A DNA stretch of 61,975 nt, counting the filler, from Sphacelaria rigidula (Eukaryota), in NCBI GenBank assembly GCA_964200075.2. It is 11 parts of 11 records of this genome, joined end to end, with 100 filler letters (N's around TTAATTAATTAA, not from the genome) between each part and the next. Parts side by side here need not be neighbours in the genome. Positions count along the whole stretch, not along the records: positions 33,861 to 39,403 come from CAXNAA020026477.1; positions 39,504 to 45,046 come from CAXNAA020026478.1; positions 45,147 to 50,689 come from CAXNAA020026479.1; 8 more parts are not named here. One strand, written 5' to 3'. How positions within the stretch are numbered: position 1 is the first letter of the stretch; each line of letters starts with the position of its first letter. The translations under genes were made by a program, and so were the position numbers. Below the pieces are notes generated by a model, which was not told the origin of the DNA, searched no databases, and worked only from the letters and a program-made list of their open reading frames with translations. Shown one piece after another: positions 36,072 to 49,231 of the stretch.

Positions 36072-37690
36072 CTCGGGTGATTGCTCTCCCGAAGTTCGTG
36101 TCACGATGGTCAGATTTCCAATTTCTACCCAATATTGGGAATAGTTGGATACGATTGCAATACTCTATCCAATATCTGGGTATTATTGAGTGCGATGTTG
36201 AAATTTTACCCCGAGTTTTGGGTTCTTGAAGCACGATTTTTTCAAATACCCATGATGTAGGAAATACCGTACCCACACGCACCCTTACCCATTTGTCACT
36301 TGAAGACGATGTCGGCAGCACAACTTGACCGTTTGGTGAAGAGCCCATTCTTGTTTGAGATAATTCGCTTCTCGTCCCGCGAATCTATGCAAATCGCACT
36401 TCTAACGACAAGGGTACGTTGGCATGGGGTGTACCGTCTTCAATTTGCTACTCAAATGCGAGTATTTTCGCGGCAAACAACGAGTCTCTCTATGGTGAGG
36501 GTGTTCCCGACCGCGGATCTGAACAGGAGGCTAAAGTGAGGTATATTCGGGTTTCGAGCGAACGCAGAACCGAGGAGACCGAGCGCACCCCAACATGGAA
36601 CCCTGAGCTGCCACAAAGGAGAGAATGGAAGTGAGTGTTACTGTACTAAAAATACCTGCAATTATCAGATGCGCTCCGCTTTTCGTATGACGGGTAGTTG
36701 TTGGGCTGTCATTGTTGTTTCGCCTCCCTGCATCATAAGAGAGGTAACCTCCTCGCCCTGGCGTACAGACTCACGACCGTCCTGTTAGCAGCCGCTGTGA
36801 CCCCCAAGAGGGGTTGCCGTTTTTGACGTTGCTCGATAGAGTGCATGACATAGCTGAGCACAGATAGTCATAGAATAAGCAAACTAAACAAGCATCGCCG
36901 TGTGCTCAGGTGGCACACAAAGTAGGACCCTCAGGTGATTGACAACAACGAGGAGTTACTGTTTCAATCGGTTTTTTCACCTTTGTCCGAGTCCCAACGG
37001 ACTCGCGACGAAAAAATCGAAAAGCTCAAAATTATTATTTTTTTTAATCGGAACAGAATCGGGCCTCTTTTCACTTGTTGCGCACTGCTGCAGCCTGCAA
37101 CACCAGATCGAGCCACATGGGCTTGTTGACTGTGGTTTACATGACATTTGGCCGAAATTTCAGCGCGTTGCAATACCGACAGCATCCGTACCGCCGTGCC
37201 TCCCAAACTGAGCATCTCTCTACAGTGGGTGTCTGAATGACTTCCGTACATATATCATCCAGAGGGTATCCTAGATCTATGATTATCTGTGAGCTCAGCA
37301 CCCCCCCAGGTGCCCATCATTTAGAAGTGTGTGCACCAGCGTGTCAAGATATGCAGCCAGTCGCGGTGTACAAACTCTGGGCTGCGAGAAAGCCGTTTTG
37401 AGGGGCGTATCGCTGGTATTGCCAAAAATCCCGCAAATCGCTTTTTTCAACTTACATGCACGCCCGAAGGTGCCGCCGACTTCAACATATATTGCCTGTG
37501 CTGTGTCCTACTAGGGCACCCAGTTTTATGGTGGCTACTTCACCTGCGGATCCGAAATTCACAAGCAAAGTTTCTGTTCCGAAAATGATTGTTCCACGTG
37601 GGCCAAGTAGGCTCTAGCTCCGGAAGCGCGCTTGAGGTTTTGATTTATTTGAGGATTTGGCTGAAATAGGCTTTTTTTCGAAAAGCTTAA

Positions 37691-38723
37691 CCCTTTTGGG
37701 ACCGGGCCTCCAGAACGACCATTGAGGCTGATCAGGAATGACGTGTCTGGCGTCTGCACGAAACAGTGGCGTGTTGCTGAAGATCCGCGGATGTAACCGC
37801 AGGGTTATGACAGACCGAAAGTTCTAATCTATTTTCAGGTGCAGGGTGCGCGTTAGGTGGTGTACATCTAATGTAGCAAACAGTATGGGTCATGGTAAAG
37901 AGCTTCCAACAGGATGCGGCGACCGGCGGGCCGCCCGCCACTTGTGGCTTTTGATTATACTTTTGTCCTCATCATCTTGCCACACAGCCCTTAGAGGTCG
38001 GGGTGGGCCGCCATTTCCCACAATGTTGCGTGCGGCAAATTCTCTTCGAACGGTATAAGCGTTGCGGCGCGCATGCATACAACAGTGTAGTACAGTACAG
38101 TCTAGAACGCCTCCCCAACTGAAGCAGCAGTTGCCGCTGCATACTCCCTTGGACGTTCTGGGCAATTCTCAGCTACCGAAATCAGCTGCCTATATACAGC
38201 TTTGTCATCCCCGTCCACAACATACATGTGGACTGCACACTGCAAGTCATCGGCAGAGGGATACGCAGAATTCATGACGGTAGCTCCTTTTGTCTTTCCA
38301 CAGCCCATCTAGATTTTGTGCCTCGTGAAAATGACCGACCACATGGTGGCATGTACACTCCTTCCCGGCTTTTCCGGTCGACCCTGTGTTAGTGTAATTA
38401 CTACGTTTTAGTAAAGAATTAGGACCCCAAAAAACCACCGGAAAACTCGGGAACGGTATACTGAGTGCAAGTCAGATCATATAACCAAGTTCCGACCGCC
38501 CTGCATTTGGAAATCTGCGAAGGGTTATCTTTGCCAGGAATAGGGCCCCCACACGATCTTCACAGTAGTATCGTACTCGCCAACAATCCCAGCACTGGTC
38601 GTTCGGGTGTGGGCGATAAATTTTGCCTCGCCGTGATTGGGCAGGTCGCTCGAAGACTTGCTTTTTATTATTTTACTAACACAGGGTCGACCCTGTGTTA
38701 GTGGGGGGTCGATCCCAAAAGGG
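37691..38723. mobile_element. Non-autonomous piggyBac-type element (1033 bp)
   Basis: TTAA|CCCTTTTGGGACCG...CGATCCCAAAAGGG|TTAA. Subterminal perfect 28-bp palindrome at 38675-38702, partly repeated at about 38375-38394. Confidence 0.88.
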
Positions 38724-39841
38724 TTAACAATAGATTAAAATGTTCGAAAAGCTTACAATGTGCTCGAAACGCGCACAAAATTGCGATATTTTTTTATGCG
38801 CCTCCTGCAGCGATTTGTATCTGCTGCCTGAAAGCCTGAAAGTGCCCCCTGTGGCTTGTGGCGTGACTCGTCACCCGTCACTCGTCACTAGACAGGCTTG
38901 AATTTTCAATACTTCAAACTGATGTGGTTGCGGGTCCGATCCGAAAAACGTTTCTCTGTGTATTTCATATACTTGATAATATGTTGAATTGAAAAATGAA
39001 ATCAAGATTTTGTGCAATAGTTATGCCATGGGGCCCATTGTATATTGTACAGTATGAAAAAAAAGCTTGAGATGGGGCATAAAACAAGGGGGAAAGCCTG
39101 TAAAAAACAAAACAGAAATCGGAGCTTCATTCTTTTTAAGCGGGATTACGGAGCTGAAGCCTAGGGCCAAGTGCGGGCATTCACAACATAAAGTTCGGGC
39201 ATCTAGATATATTTTTATTCTTTTAATTTTGTCGCAGGAGTGCACGGAGACCTGCAGCTTTGTCCCCAAGCATTACACCCCACTATTGATAAAGGATTGT
39301 TATGCCCTCTTACGGAATGAGGTACCCCCCCCTCCCCCCCCCCCCCCCCGCTCCCCCCACACACGCCTCCACGCCAGCATCGACCGCCCGCCCGGGCGAA
39401 CGANNNNNNNNNNNNNNNNNNNNNNNNNNNNNNNNNNNNNNNNNNNNTTAATTAATTAANNNNNNNNNNNNNNNNNNNNNNNNNNNNNNNNNNNNNNNNN
39501 NNNTCAAAAATAAAAAAAAAGCCCCCCCCCCCCCCCCCCCCCCCGCGCTCCTACCTGCAGACCACAGCCAAAGGATACTCCGAGGACCGTGCACACAATT
39601 ATTTCGACATGCGTGGCTCGTCATCAGACACGAACGCAGAGACACATCTGGCCTGTACCGCAAGTCTCGACAGGGGCTGATTTCAAAAATTGTGTACGAA
39701 TTGCGCAATATTCGGTGAGAGCAACGAATGTCAATTCAGGATAAAGGTGAATTTGACAGTGGAAAGATCACACTCAGGACAAATCAACATGTATATGTAC
39801 ATGTATATATAGTCAAGAGTTGTAGTACACAAAAACTGTAC

Positions 39842-40030
39842 TTGTTGTTGTCTTCACACTGAAAACCATTCCGATATCTGCGCGGTACACTCGTACTGGG
39901 CATCTGATGCGGACGCCTTCCGCGGTCACAGGCTAGCTACCTATAAAAAGGTATAGGGAAATCAAACAAAACCAAGATTAAAAATAGACCTGTATTAAAA
40001 CTCACAGAACGCGACACAAGCAAAATAGGT
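39842..40030 (-). repeat. Retroposon-like 3' tail ending in (CAA)n; second copy at 40478-40665
   Basis: Both copies share TGGGCATCTGATGC.GACGC.TTCCG.GGTC.CAGGCTA.CTACC downstream of a (TTG)n run on the plus strand. Confidence 0.65.
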
Positions 40031-42297
40031 ATACATAATAAAGGAAGAAGTAAGATAATACATATGGCTGACCTCAGAAGATCCGGTGCCGCAGATGGCC
40101 ATTCGGACTTCAGGGGGGGTGGCACCCGGCTTTCCAACTCGACGCGCGAGGCCAAGTAGAATTGAACATAGTACTACGTGAAGTATACGCCTATTGCAAC
40201 TATTGTTCATATTTTGTCCAGGATGTGGAAAATATTCACGTAAAACATGGGTGCCAACAAATAACACAACGTGGTGACTACGATCGCCATTTTGTGCAGC
40301 GTTGTTGCTTGCACACCAATGCGACGCATGGAAGCCTCGACATCTCAACCTTGGCATCGCCTCAGTACCCCGCAGAAACGAGTGGCCTTGGGCTGCTCTG
40401 CTTGAAGTAAGCCCATCCGCAAAAATCAGGAAGGATGAAATTACACATCATTTTACCTTGACAATACCCAATATTTTGTGTTGTTGTTGTTGTTGTTGTT
40501 GGCTTCGTTCCGGTATTTGTGCAGTACTCTGTAGTGGGCATCTGATGCTGACGCATTCCGTGGTCGCAGGCTAACTACCCCAAGCTAGGGTATAAGAAAA
40601 TCAGGAAATAAAATCGGACCCAGAAACATGTCACACTGATTCACACAGACGCGATACGTACAAGAATAATTAAAATTGAAGAAAAAAAAATAGAAAAGAG
40701 GAAGACCCTGACAATACATACAGTGCTTCGGTGCATGACTAACACGAACCCCAGCTACGCCCACATCCCCAGTCGTCGCTTTCTGGATCCAGCGTCGTCA
40801 CCATTGGCGATGTCTGAAGTCACACATGTACGCCAACAACTCTCACCGCTACAGCCAAATATGAAATATCCTGGCAGTGCAAATGAAGCAGCTGGTCAAA
40901 ATCAGTTGCTCTGACCTGCCCGTGGCGTTTTGCATTACTGCAAAAAAGCGCATCAGAGTAGTATCTATGGTTTCATTATCAGCTCTGCATGGCTGGCTCG
41001 AGGGCTGAGGGCAGGTGTGTTTTGTACCGCCCGTCTCGAAAGTGCGACCATGGGTTTTTTTAATTGTTTGGCTGCCGTTCACGTGAGGAATACTTGTCTT
41101 CAGCATTCGCTGCACCGGCTTCGTCCCGGGATCAACCCTTTGATTGCCAGCTTAGGTCATGTGTTGATGCATAATCGACACAAGCCTCTGTTGCTTCAGC
41201 ATCAGTTTCGCTGAAAAAAACACTGCATGACGAGACATACTCTCGCGGTCCAAAGGGTTGATACTTCGACCATCAGGATGGGTCACATGTTGAATCGGCA
41301 TCGCTCTCACTTGAAAAATTAGTTCATGACGCGGATGACCTACGCTGGCATTCGAAGGGTTCATCATAGAGGGGGCACCCAACGATGGCTTGTGAAGTGA
41401 AGTTTCACAAATACAGCAGCAGTCGGACCCACTCGTAAAGACAGCACTGGAGTTGACTGCATTGCAGTCGAAGCTGTACATATTATTATCTCCATGCTGC
41501 AGCCCTTGAATGTACGTGCAAAGCAGCTCACCTCAAGCTAGCTGTCGTGGTGGTGAGAGGGGCGACAAGGTTTTGCTTTTCCGCACATCGTTTTGACTGT
41601 CGATTTCGTTTCTCCTGCCCCTGGCTATTCATGTGCTGACCATCTACATCATGATTAAACTGTTTCGCAGGGGTCGAGCGGCGTGGAGTATGAAAATGCC
41701 GACAACATGGAGATCTTGGGATGGTCGGTGAAGGTGAAGAGCTGGTTGCACTGGATCGAAAAACGGAAAACAAGCAAAAAATACGGAGGGGTACTCGTCG
41801 TGCAGCAGCAGTGCAGCCTACAAAAGCACAGACAGAAGAGAAACAACGGAACCGGCTTCTACGTCACCCACATCATGACGCCCTTCGAACGCTGGGCATT
41901 AGCATTACAGTGCCAGTAACGGCAAACCAAATGCTCCTGTTCACGACGGGGAAACCTGTTGTATGCCGCGATGAGTTGAGGGTCGTCGGTACGCACTCCG
42001 TACACACCGTAGCTGTTTATCCATGTACATTTGAAAGATAAAACTACAGTACAGTACAACACACAGTAGTAGCCCTTAGTCACCGACTGAAAGCACGGTG
42101 AGACATCCTAATTGCCAAGTACCCTGCAAATCCTGTCCAACCGGTTTTACAGCGACGGATGTACCCAACCTCGCCTCGAGTCTACCTTATTCTTGTATAT
42201 TTTGTGTAAACAGTCACGGCTGCAGATTGGTGGTACTGTACCGCATGAGAAATGTCCCACAAGAAAGGATCTGTTTTTGTACCCTAGATACATCATT

Positions 42298-42391
42298 AGA
42301 GGCATCTCAAACTCCAAGTCCCGGATATTCAGAGTATTTAACCGCAAATTACTGAAAAAGGTATCGGGAACCTCGTGAGTGAGATACCTCT
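42298..42391. mobile_element. Small (about 95-115 bp) TIR element family; copies at 42585-42675 and 60259-60374
   Basis: Ends AGGTATCTCAAACTCGAGG-like / GGAACCTCGAGTTTGAGATACCT-like in three places. Confidence 0.65.
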
Positions 42392-43440
42392 GTTCATGGC
42401 GGATACATGCAGTATGCTGGTTGTGAGAAGTATTACTACTAGCAAGCATTGTTTTCCCGTTCTGGTTATACTAACTATCATGGAATAACAATTTATCGTG
42501 GCTCTGTACATTTCCCCACAGTTGATGGGCCCTGCTAATTTATACGCCTCTCTCGCGCTCTCTCTCTCTCCCCCTCAGGGGTACAGTATCTTAAACTCGA
42601 GACTTCCCATCGTGTGTTACAGAGTAACGTACAGTGTAGTTGGATATATCGGGAACCTCGAGTTTGAGATACCTTTATCGACCAGCTTCAATTTTGTTTG
42701 TACAAGCCTGCTTCCTGGCATCTGCCTCGATCCCTCATTCCCCTCGTGATTGTGGTGAGGGTGGAGGGTAGGAAGAGCGTCGTCTCCATCGGACCCAACC
42801 GTGCAGATCTTCATTCAACGCTCATCATCACGTGGACGTCCAGCGATTCTTCATTTGCCACGCGTAATGATTGCAGACATACGTTCGTGTGTGGTCTGTA
42901 TATATCTATAACAATGTTGTCTGTTCACCTACTATTATAGCAGTAGCGATGCGGGTCTAGGGGTACTGCGGGAGTCTGTTCAGGAGACCCCACTGAAAGG
43001 GAGCGATGTGTGACGGCCTATGCGGCGGATCCTATGCAGCTGTCGGTAAAAGGTCGAATACGAAAGGAGAACGATTGCACGAATGATGGTAAGTCGGGCT
43101 ACCGCTGGCAAATGACGTACACCAGCCTCACCGTCACCACGCGCACAGCACAGCACATCGTCCGCCAGCACACGCCGATCGGTCAGTTGCAAGCGTGTGT
43201 GAAGTTTTGAACGTCTTCGCGGGGTTGCCATTCCGGCACCAGGGGACGACAGACGAGTGATATGTATGTATACCGGCACGTGTGTATGAGATTGAGAATG
43301 GCCTACACCAGGCTTCTTGCTCTACACTCGCTAGATGTTGAATGTCTTGCTGCGCATACAGTAATCGGACAAAAATATTTTCGAAAAAGTATGTCGTACT
43401 CTTACTGTAGACAAAACAAAACGACATGAAAAGGGCCCAC

Positions 43441-43778
43441 CTCAGTGCCCCGTTCGTATTTTCCTCCTCCTGCTGCTGCTGGTGGTGGTGGTCCTTCTCC
43501 TCCTCCTCGTGTTGTTGTTGCTGCTGGGGTTGCCGCGGCAATGCACCACCACCGCGCCAGCCAAACCTCGTCGCAGCAGCTGGCCCACCGGAGTGCTTCT
43601 TTTGGTACAACCGCCAGCCTACCCCCTTCTGCAGTCGTGACAACGAATCCTTTGGGTCTTCTCCATCATCGTTAATTTCTGTTTCTCCGTCCACCGCTGC
43701 TGCGGTTGGAATTTCGGGGGTCATATTCGGGTCCCCGTCTTGGTTGGGCGTGGCCTCGTGTGCCTCTGCGGCGTCCAT
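43441..43778 (-). CDS. Probable first exon of an unknown host gene (acidic, poly-Q/E low complexity)
   Basis: ATG at 43778 with an in-frame stop just upstream; MDAAEAHEATP...QQQQQHEEEE...GALR ends at a donor GAG|GTGGGC (43441/43440). Confidence 0.5.
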
Positions 43779-44159
43779 TCTTGCGACGTGTTAGACGGCA
43801 GGTGTCAGTTGTGCACACGGGTTTTGCCGGTTACAACTTGGAACGTGTATATTCGGTTCCTGGAGACCACGACACGCTTTCCTGTTTCTGTTTTGAGCCT
43901 TCGATTTGGACTTCTCTGCTGCCCATTCAACCTGTGGGCAGTCTATGGCGTGGTGACGGTTCACTTGGATCTCGAGTTGTTGCGGCGGCTGCTGCTTCCT
44001 ATTCCCTATGCTTTTCGATGGTCGAATGGTTGAGTACGAGGGACGGTGACATGATGGGAGAAAAAAAATCAGGGTAAATGCCGTAGAACCTTTTTTGATG
44101 GGTAGAACCTTCTGTGTCAACTGACCTGAACCAGTTTTGCGGGCTATGACTCATGTTAA

Positions 44160-44278
44160 CCCTTTTGGAACCCGTTGACGATTTCTGTTATTGTGAATCG
44201 GCATCCTTTTCATTCATTTTTCAAGTCAAAATGATGCCGATTCACAAAAACAAAAATCGTCAGTGGGTTCCAAAAGGG
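44160..44278. mobile_element. 119-bp piggyBac-type hairpin MITE
   Basis: TTAA|CCCTTTTGGAACCC...GGGTTCCAAAAGGG|TTGA; the arms also pair through TGACGATTT/AAATCGTCA and TGTGAATCGGCATC/GATGCCGATTCACA. Confidence 0.85.
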
Positions 44279-44335
44279 TTGAAGGTTTAGATGTCCCTCC
44301 CTACAAAGAGACCTTGACTGCAAGGTGTCGACAGC

Positions 44336-44605
44336 ATGGTCTGTGTAGTGTGGACTGCAGCTATCTCTGTGATATGTCTCCATTTCCGGCATGCTGCAGG
44401 ATTCGCCCCCACAGGAAAAATTCGAGCTGTTCAGAAGGCTACACTCCAATATGAACGCAGCAGGTCAGCAGTAGGTCCTCAGGCGGCAACAGCAACCGGC
44501 TTTGGAGGACTGGTGGGAGACAAGATCGCCAGTGCCGTCGTGAACTCTCCGTTGTACCCCCTCCTCATCAAGCAGGCCAAAGGCACCATGAAGAAGAGCG
44601 CCGAG
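44336..44605 (+). CDS. First exon of a plastid-targeted protein, probably a cyanobacterial-type class I SAM-dependent methyltransferase
   Basis: Signal peptide ending AAG-FAP (ASAFAP-like), then a transit peptide, then VVNSPLYPLLIKQAKGTMKKSAE|GT. The last part resembles a recalled N-terminal motif PL.....QAR..M...AE of algal and cyanobacterial methyltransferases. 270 nt, phase 0. Confidence 0.7.
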
Positions 44606-45187
44606 GTCCGTGGTGTCTTATTCCTCGCGTAGAATACGCCAGGAAAAGTTTGAGTTGTTAGGCCGTTTCTTCCGGTTCGTACTTTGTTTGGCTCGTATTT
44701 TCCACTTTTACGACATTTGACGAGGTTTTTGACCCTCAAACAGGGAAAATCGCCACCACACATCTTGGACACTTACTATCACCCCACCGAGACGAGCCTA
44801 GCCCACTTTTCCGATTCGCTTGGGTCAGAGATTTCGAGAGCGGCCTCTGGACGAAAATACGAGGAAAACATCCCTGAAATACCTACGGACTGTGTATTAG
44901 AGAGTTTCGGAAAAAAAGATGAGAACTCAGGGATAAGAGCGAGAACGACTGGATTGTTTACGCTTAAACCCCAGGTTTGTTTTTATTTATTTTTACCACG
45001 TAGGTGTGGACCGTGGCCAACTTTTCAGGGTTTAGTATTTTCTGTTNNNNNNNNNNNNNNNNNNNNNNNNNNNNNNNNNNNNNNNNNNNNTTAATTAATT
45101 AANNNNNNNNNNNNNNNNNNNNNNNNNNNNNNNNNNNNNNNNNNNNAAATGCCCCAAAACCCCCCCCCCCCTATCGTAGGATGACTC

Positions 45188-48100
45188 TTGGATGCGTATT
45201 TGGGAGCGGGACCAATACAACATTCCTCCTCTCCTTGCGCCTCGGCACTTGTGGTCGTCCCCCAAAAGTATGGAAATATACGCATAACCATGAATTATCA
45301 ATGGTTGAATCGCGTCACTGTGGTCGGCAATTTTTCGGTTCCCCGCATTAATGAAGTCTTCGACTCCTTAGGCGAAGGAAAAATATTCAGCACCTTCGAC
45401 CTCGCTCCTAGATTTTTTCAGAATGCTATATACCCTGACACAGTTCCACTGACGGCTTCTTGTACCTTGTCCGGACTCTACGTGGCTTCGAATGCCACAA
45501 GGCGCCGCCACTGCCCCGGGATGCTTTCAAGGCTAAATGAAATGCGTCACCGAGGGCCTCGAGTACATCATCATGTACCTGGATGACGCTATCGCTTTCG
45601 ATTCCTCACCTATTGCACATATCCGCACTCGACGAGAATTTCTCTCTCGCCTACGCACACACGATTTGAAACCGTCTCCATCCAAAACTTGCCTTGGTGC
45701 GACTGACTTGGATTCCTTGGGGCATTCCATTTCGCCAGCAGGACTACATCCGGATACAAAGTCAAGGTAATGGCTGACTTGCAGATGCCAACTGACATTT
45801 CTCAACTTCGGTCATTGTTCGGCGGACTACCCTACTACAGTAACTTTTTGCCGAATTTGTTTAAACGGATTCGCCCCTTACTATGTTACTCAAGAAAGGA
45901 GATGTGTTCACCTTCACAACCGATATGGAGAACATCACCCGCCAATTGCTCAAGACGCTCATCGAAAAGCCGATACTCTGCTTTCCTGATTGGGAGGCAG
46001 TACAAAATGGCTCTCGCCTTTTCCAACTCCACACTGACGCTAGCACAAACGGATTTGGAGGAATTTTGAATCAACCTCTGGTTGATGGCTCCGTCCGACA
46101 CATCCTCTACATCAGCCGCGCCACCCTGCCCAACGAGGCCAATTGGAGCCCGCTAGAACTGGAAGGCGGAGTAATCACCTGGGCCATTAACCGCCCTCGA
46201 CAATATCTGTTTCACGTGCCCTTTGATATGAATACGGATCATGGAGCACTCAAACAACTCGCCAAGGTTGGCAAACACAACCTGCGTGTACAAGGATGGT
46301 TGGAGTTCCTAACAGCAGACCAGTATACCATTGAGCACCGTCCAGGCAAAACTAATGGGGACGCTGATCTTCTTTCTCGACTACCCCTGCCGCCTACGGC
46401 CGCAGATTTCAGCCCGGCTTGCCCTTTAACTGAGCCCGATGAACCTGGAATTCACGCGATTAGACGTTCCTTAACGCCCGTTTACACCTTCGACCTCCTG
46501 TGCCCAGAAGCTGTAATGCATATGGGAGGGCCTCGCCCTCTACCATATGACGCCGTCTTGGGTGGGTTGGCGCCAATACCTCTGATTTCGTCGATTCCCG
46601 CACTTTCGTTACTCGCCCGAAGTTCTTCACGGACGCACCTTCGGTCACCCACCTAATCCCCGACAACACGCGCTCTCGGTCTGCCACCCGCACTAAACCC
46701 CCGAGTGCCAAGTCGCTACCGATAATACCTGCAAATTCCACGAGCCACGCAGCACCGGTCCCACGAACCAGCACGCAACGCTCCGCGAAAACTCCTGCGA
46801 CGTGCACCACGCGCCGCGGACAATCTCCGCCGCGCACTGATACAGCCCCGCCGCCTGTAACGGCGCCATCAACATCTACGGCTCCTGATCATGGAGCTGA
46901 CGACATAGCTCCTGCTCCCGGGACATATGTCGACGTCGGCATTTCTGCCGCGTCCTCAATTCCCCCGCCACCCACCCCACCATGTTTGGTCGGCTCTCCA
47001 GTGGAAGGTCAACTACGCGAGTTCCTCGTCAGCTACTCTCACGCGATTGGGCTCGCGAAGAAAACGCGGAAGCGCTATGTCGCGCAGCCATCCGGTACTT
47101 ACAAGTCGATTGTCCAGTCCCTTTTCCATCCGCCCTTCTGGCCCCGATCGACATACTGCCACCACCAATTGTTTCCGACATATACGAGCTCGTGCATAAC
47201 AACATCCTTTTTACTACGGATGAAGGTGTACAGCTACTGGTGCGTCGCCCCACGCCCTTGACAGGCGCAAATTCCGTCTCAACCTCGGGACGCCACGCAC
47301 GACTACTCGATGACGAACCAACACGCATATATGTCCCAATATTAATGCGCCCCCAGGTTATGAAAGATTGCCACACAGACTTGTCATGTCACCTTGGCGT
47401 CACCCGCACCCTAGCGCTCTTGGAACGCTTCTACTGGTGGGTTGGCATGAAAGAATCCACCCGCCTCTGGATTTGGCGATGCTTCAAATGCCAAGCCCGA
47501 AAGACTTCACGGCAGACAGTACGCTGGCCCGTCATCTCTATGGGACTACCCAACGAGCTAGGCCACCTTCTGCTCTCTGATTACTTTGGCCCTCTACCGA
47601 CCACAGGTTGCAGCAACACCTACATTTTACTCTTCACTGACCGCTTCAGCCGCCACGCGTCCGTGTACGCGGTAACCGCTGCAGATTTCACTGGCGCCGG
47701 AACGGCCGACATATTGGTCCATGACTAAATTAAGCACTACGGTTACCCGAAGCGACTCCTGTCAGACAAAGGTCAGCAAAATTGCCCAGATCTCTCTGAT
47801 GAGCTTTACAAGCTCCTGGGCATCCGCACAATTGCCACGAACGCCTACCACCCGAACGGTAACGGTTGTACCGAAAGAGTTAATCACACCATGGCCCAGA
47901 TGCTCTCAATGTTTGTCAATGACCGCCAAAATGACTGGTACCTACATCTCTCGAACATCATGTTGTCCTACAACAACTCGGTTAACGCCGCCACAGGCCT
48001 TCTTCCGAACGAACTCCATCTTGGACGTTACCCTCGGCTGCCCATCACCGTATTTGAGCCACACACGCTCGATGGCCACCAAGGATTGGATCAGGATCAG

Positions 48101-49231
48101 ATATCCTGCCACAAGCTAGCGCATTCACGACAACGCAAAGCGTTTGCCCTCGTGCGCGAACAACACGCTATCAACGCCTCGCGCCTGAAGATATCTAACA
48201 CTGCGCTCTACAATCTCATGCACAAACGCCCCAACTGGAAAGTTGATGATTGGGTTTCGATCTACAACAGGTTGTCGACCATCCGCCAAGGCACCAGCGA
48301 GGCAACCAACGAAACAATTTTGAAGACAAAATTGTCCCTTGTTGGACCGGACCATTCGAGACCCTGACAGTCGGACCATTGCCATCATCACCGGATGATA
48401 AACCCGTTGGTGACAAACTGCTCTATCTCGACCTGCCTCGCGACTTCCAGGGCAAGAACACCGAACCTCGCGTCTCCGTGCACAAATGCAAACCCTGCAC
48501 GAACCCATATGATACAAGCGACATGCCCAAGTACCTGCCTGCTGGACTCACACAGTATGTTCTCAACAGCTACTTGACCAAGTCCCCGCCCTACCATGTC
48601 ACCACCGACGACGAAGTGGAGCAGCCCCTCCGATTGACCGTGTCCACCATCTCCGGCCACCAGGTAACCCGTGGTCGAGGTGGCAAAATTACTGTCATGT
48701 ATGAGACCCACTGTCACGGTCTCCAGGAAGCGTCTTGGGGAACGCGAATCCGACCTTCAACTGCACCGCCGTGCAATCCTCCTGTACTGGACGCAATCTC
48801 AACATCAGTATCTTGCTCACAAAAAGAAATATCGCAACATGCGTCGGGGCGTAGCAGCCCGCGAACTTCACCGCGATCGGGGACTATGCTTCGTCGCCGA
48901 GGGTTACGAATATGTACCCACCAAGACTTGTAAGACGAAGTTCTTTGCAAACCAGCGATACAAGGGCAGCTACCTTTGGTTCAAAGGTAACGGCAACCTC
49001 TGGTGGTTTGGTCAGATCCACTCCGCTACTCTGGTTTCTACCGACACATACATCGTGGGCTTCATCGATGACCCTGGACCCATACAGCTCATGCTCCGGC
49101 CAGCACTATACACCACCATCCCATCTGCACCACGCGGATCCAGGTGCCTCCAGCGCCTCAGGTCCAAAGAACTTCGCCGCGGTCTCCAGCGCAAGATCGA
49201 CCACATCCACGACGTCCACGCGCCGCTTTGA
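45188..49231 (+). mobile_element. Decayed Ty3/Gypsy pol: RT, RNase H, integrase, chromodomain and C-terminal extension
   Basis: RT: SP.AS..VVV, FSTFDL, YLDD (45577-45588). RNase H: LHTDAS..GFGGIL, ELE, TDH, ADLLSR. Integrase: HHCC zinc motif, DYFGPLP, DRFSR, YNNSVN, WTGPF. Order RT-RH-IN is Gypsy. Many frameshifts. Confidence 0.95.

Noticed and set aside
39595..39630. Minus-strand CTGATGA...GAAA hammerhead candidate
   Set aside because: Stem II does not close (C opposite C) and no stem III or cleavage triplet can be formed.
41655..41751. Possible terminal exon CNQLFTFTDHPKISMLSAFSYSTPLDPCETV* after a pyrimidine tract and CAG on the minus strand
   Set aside because: Plausible, but it cannot be linked in frame to the 43778 exon and no homology was recognised.
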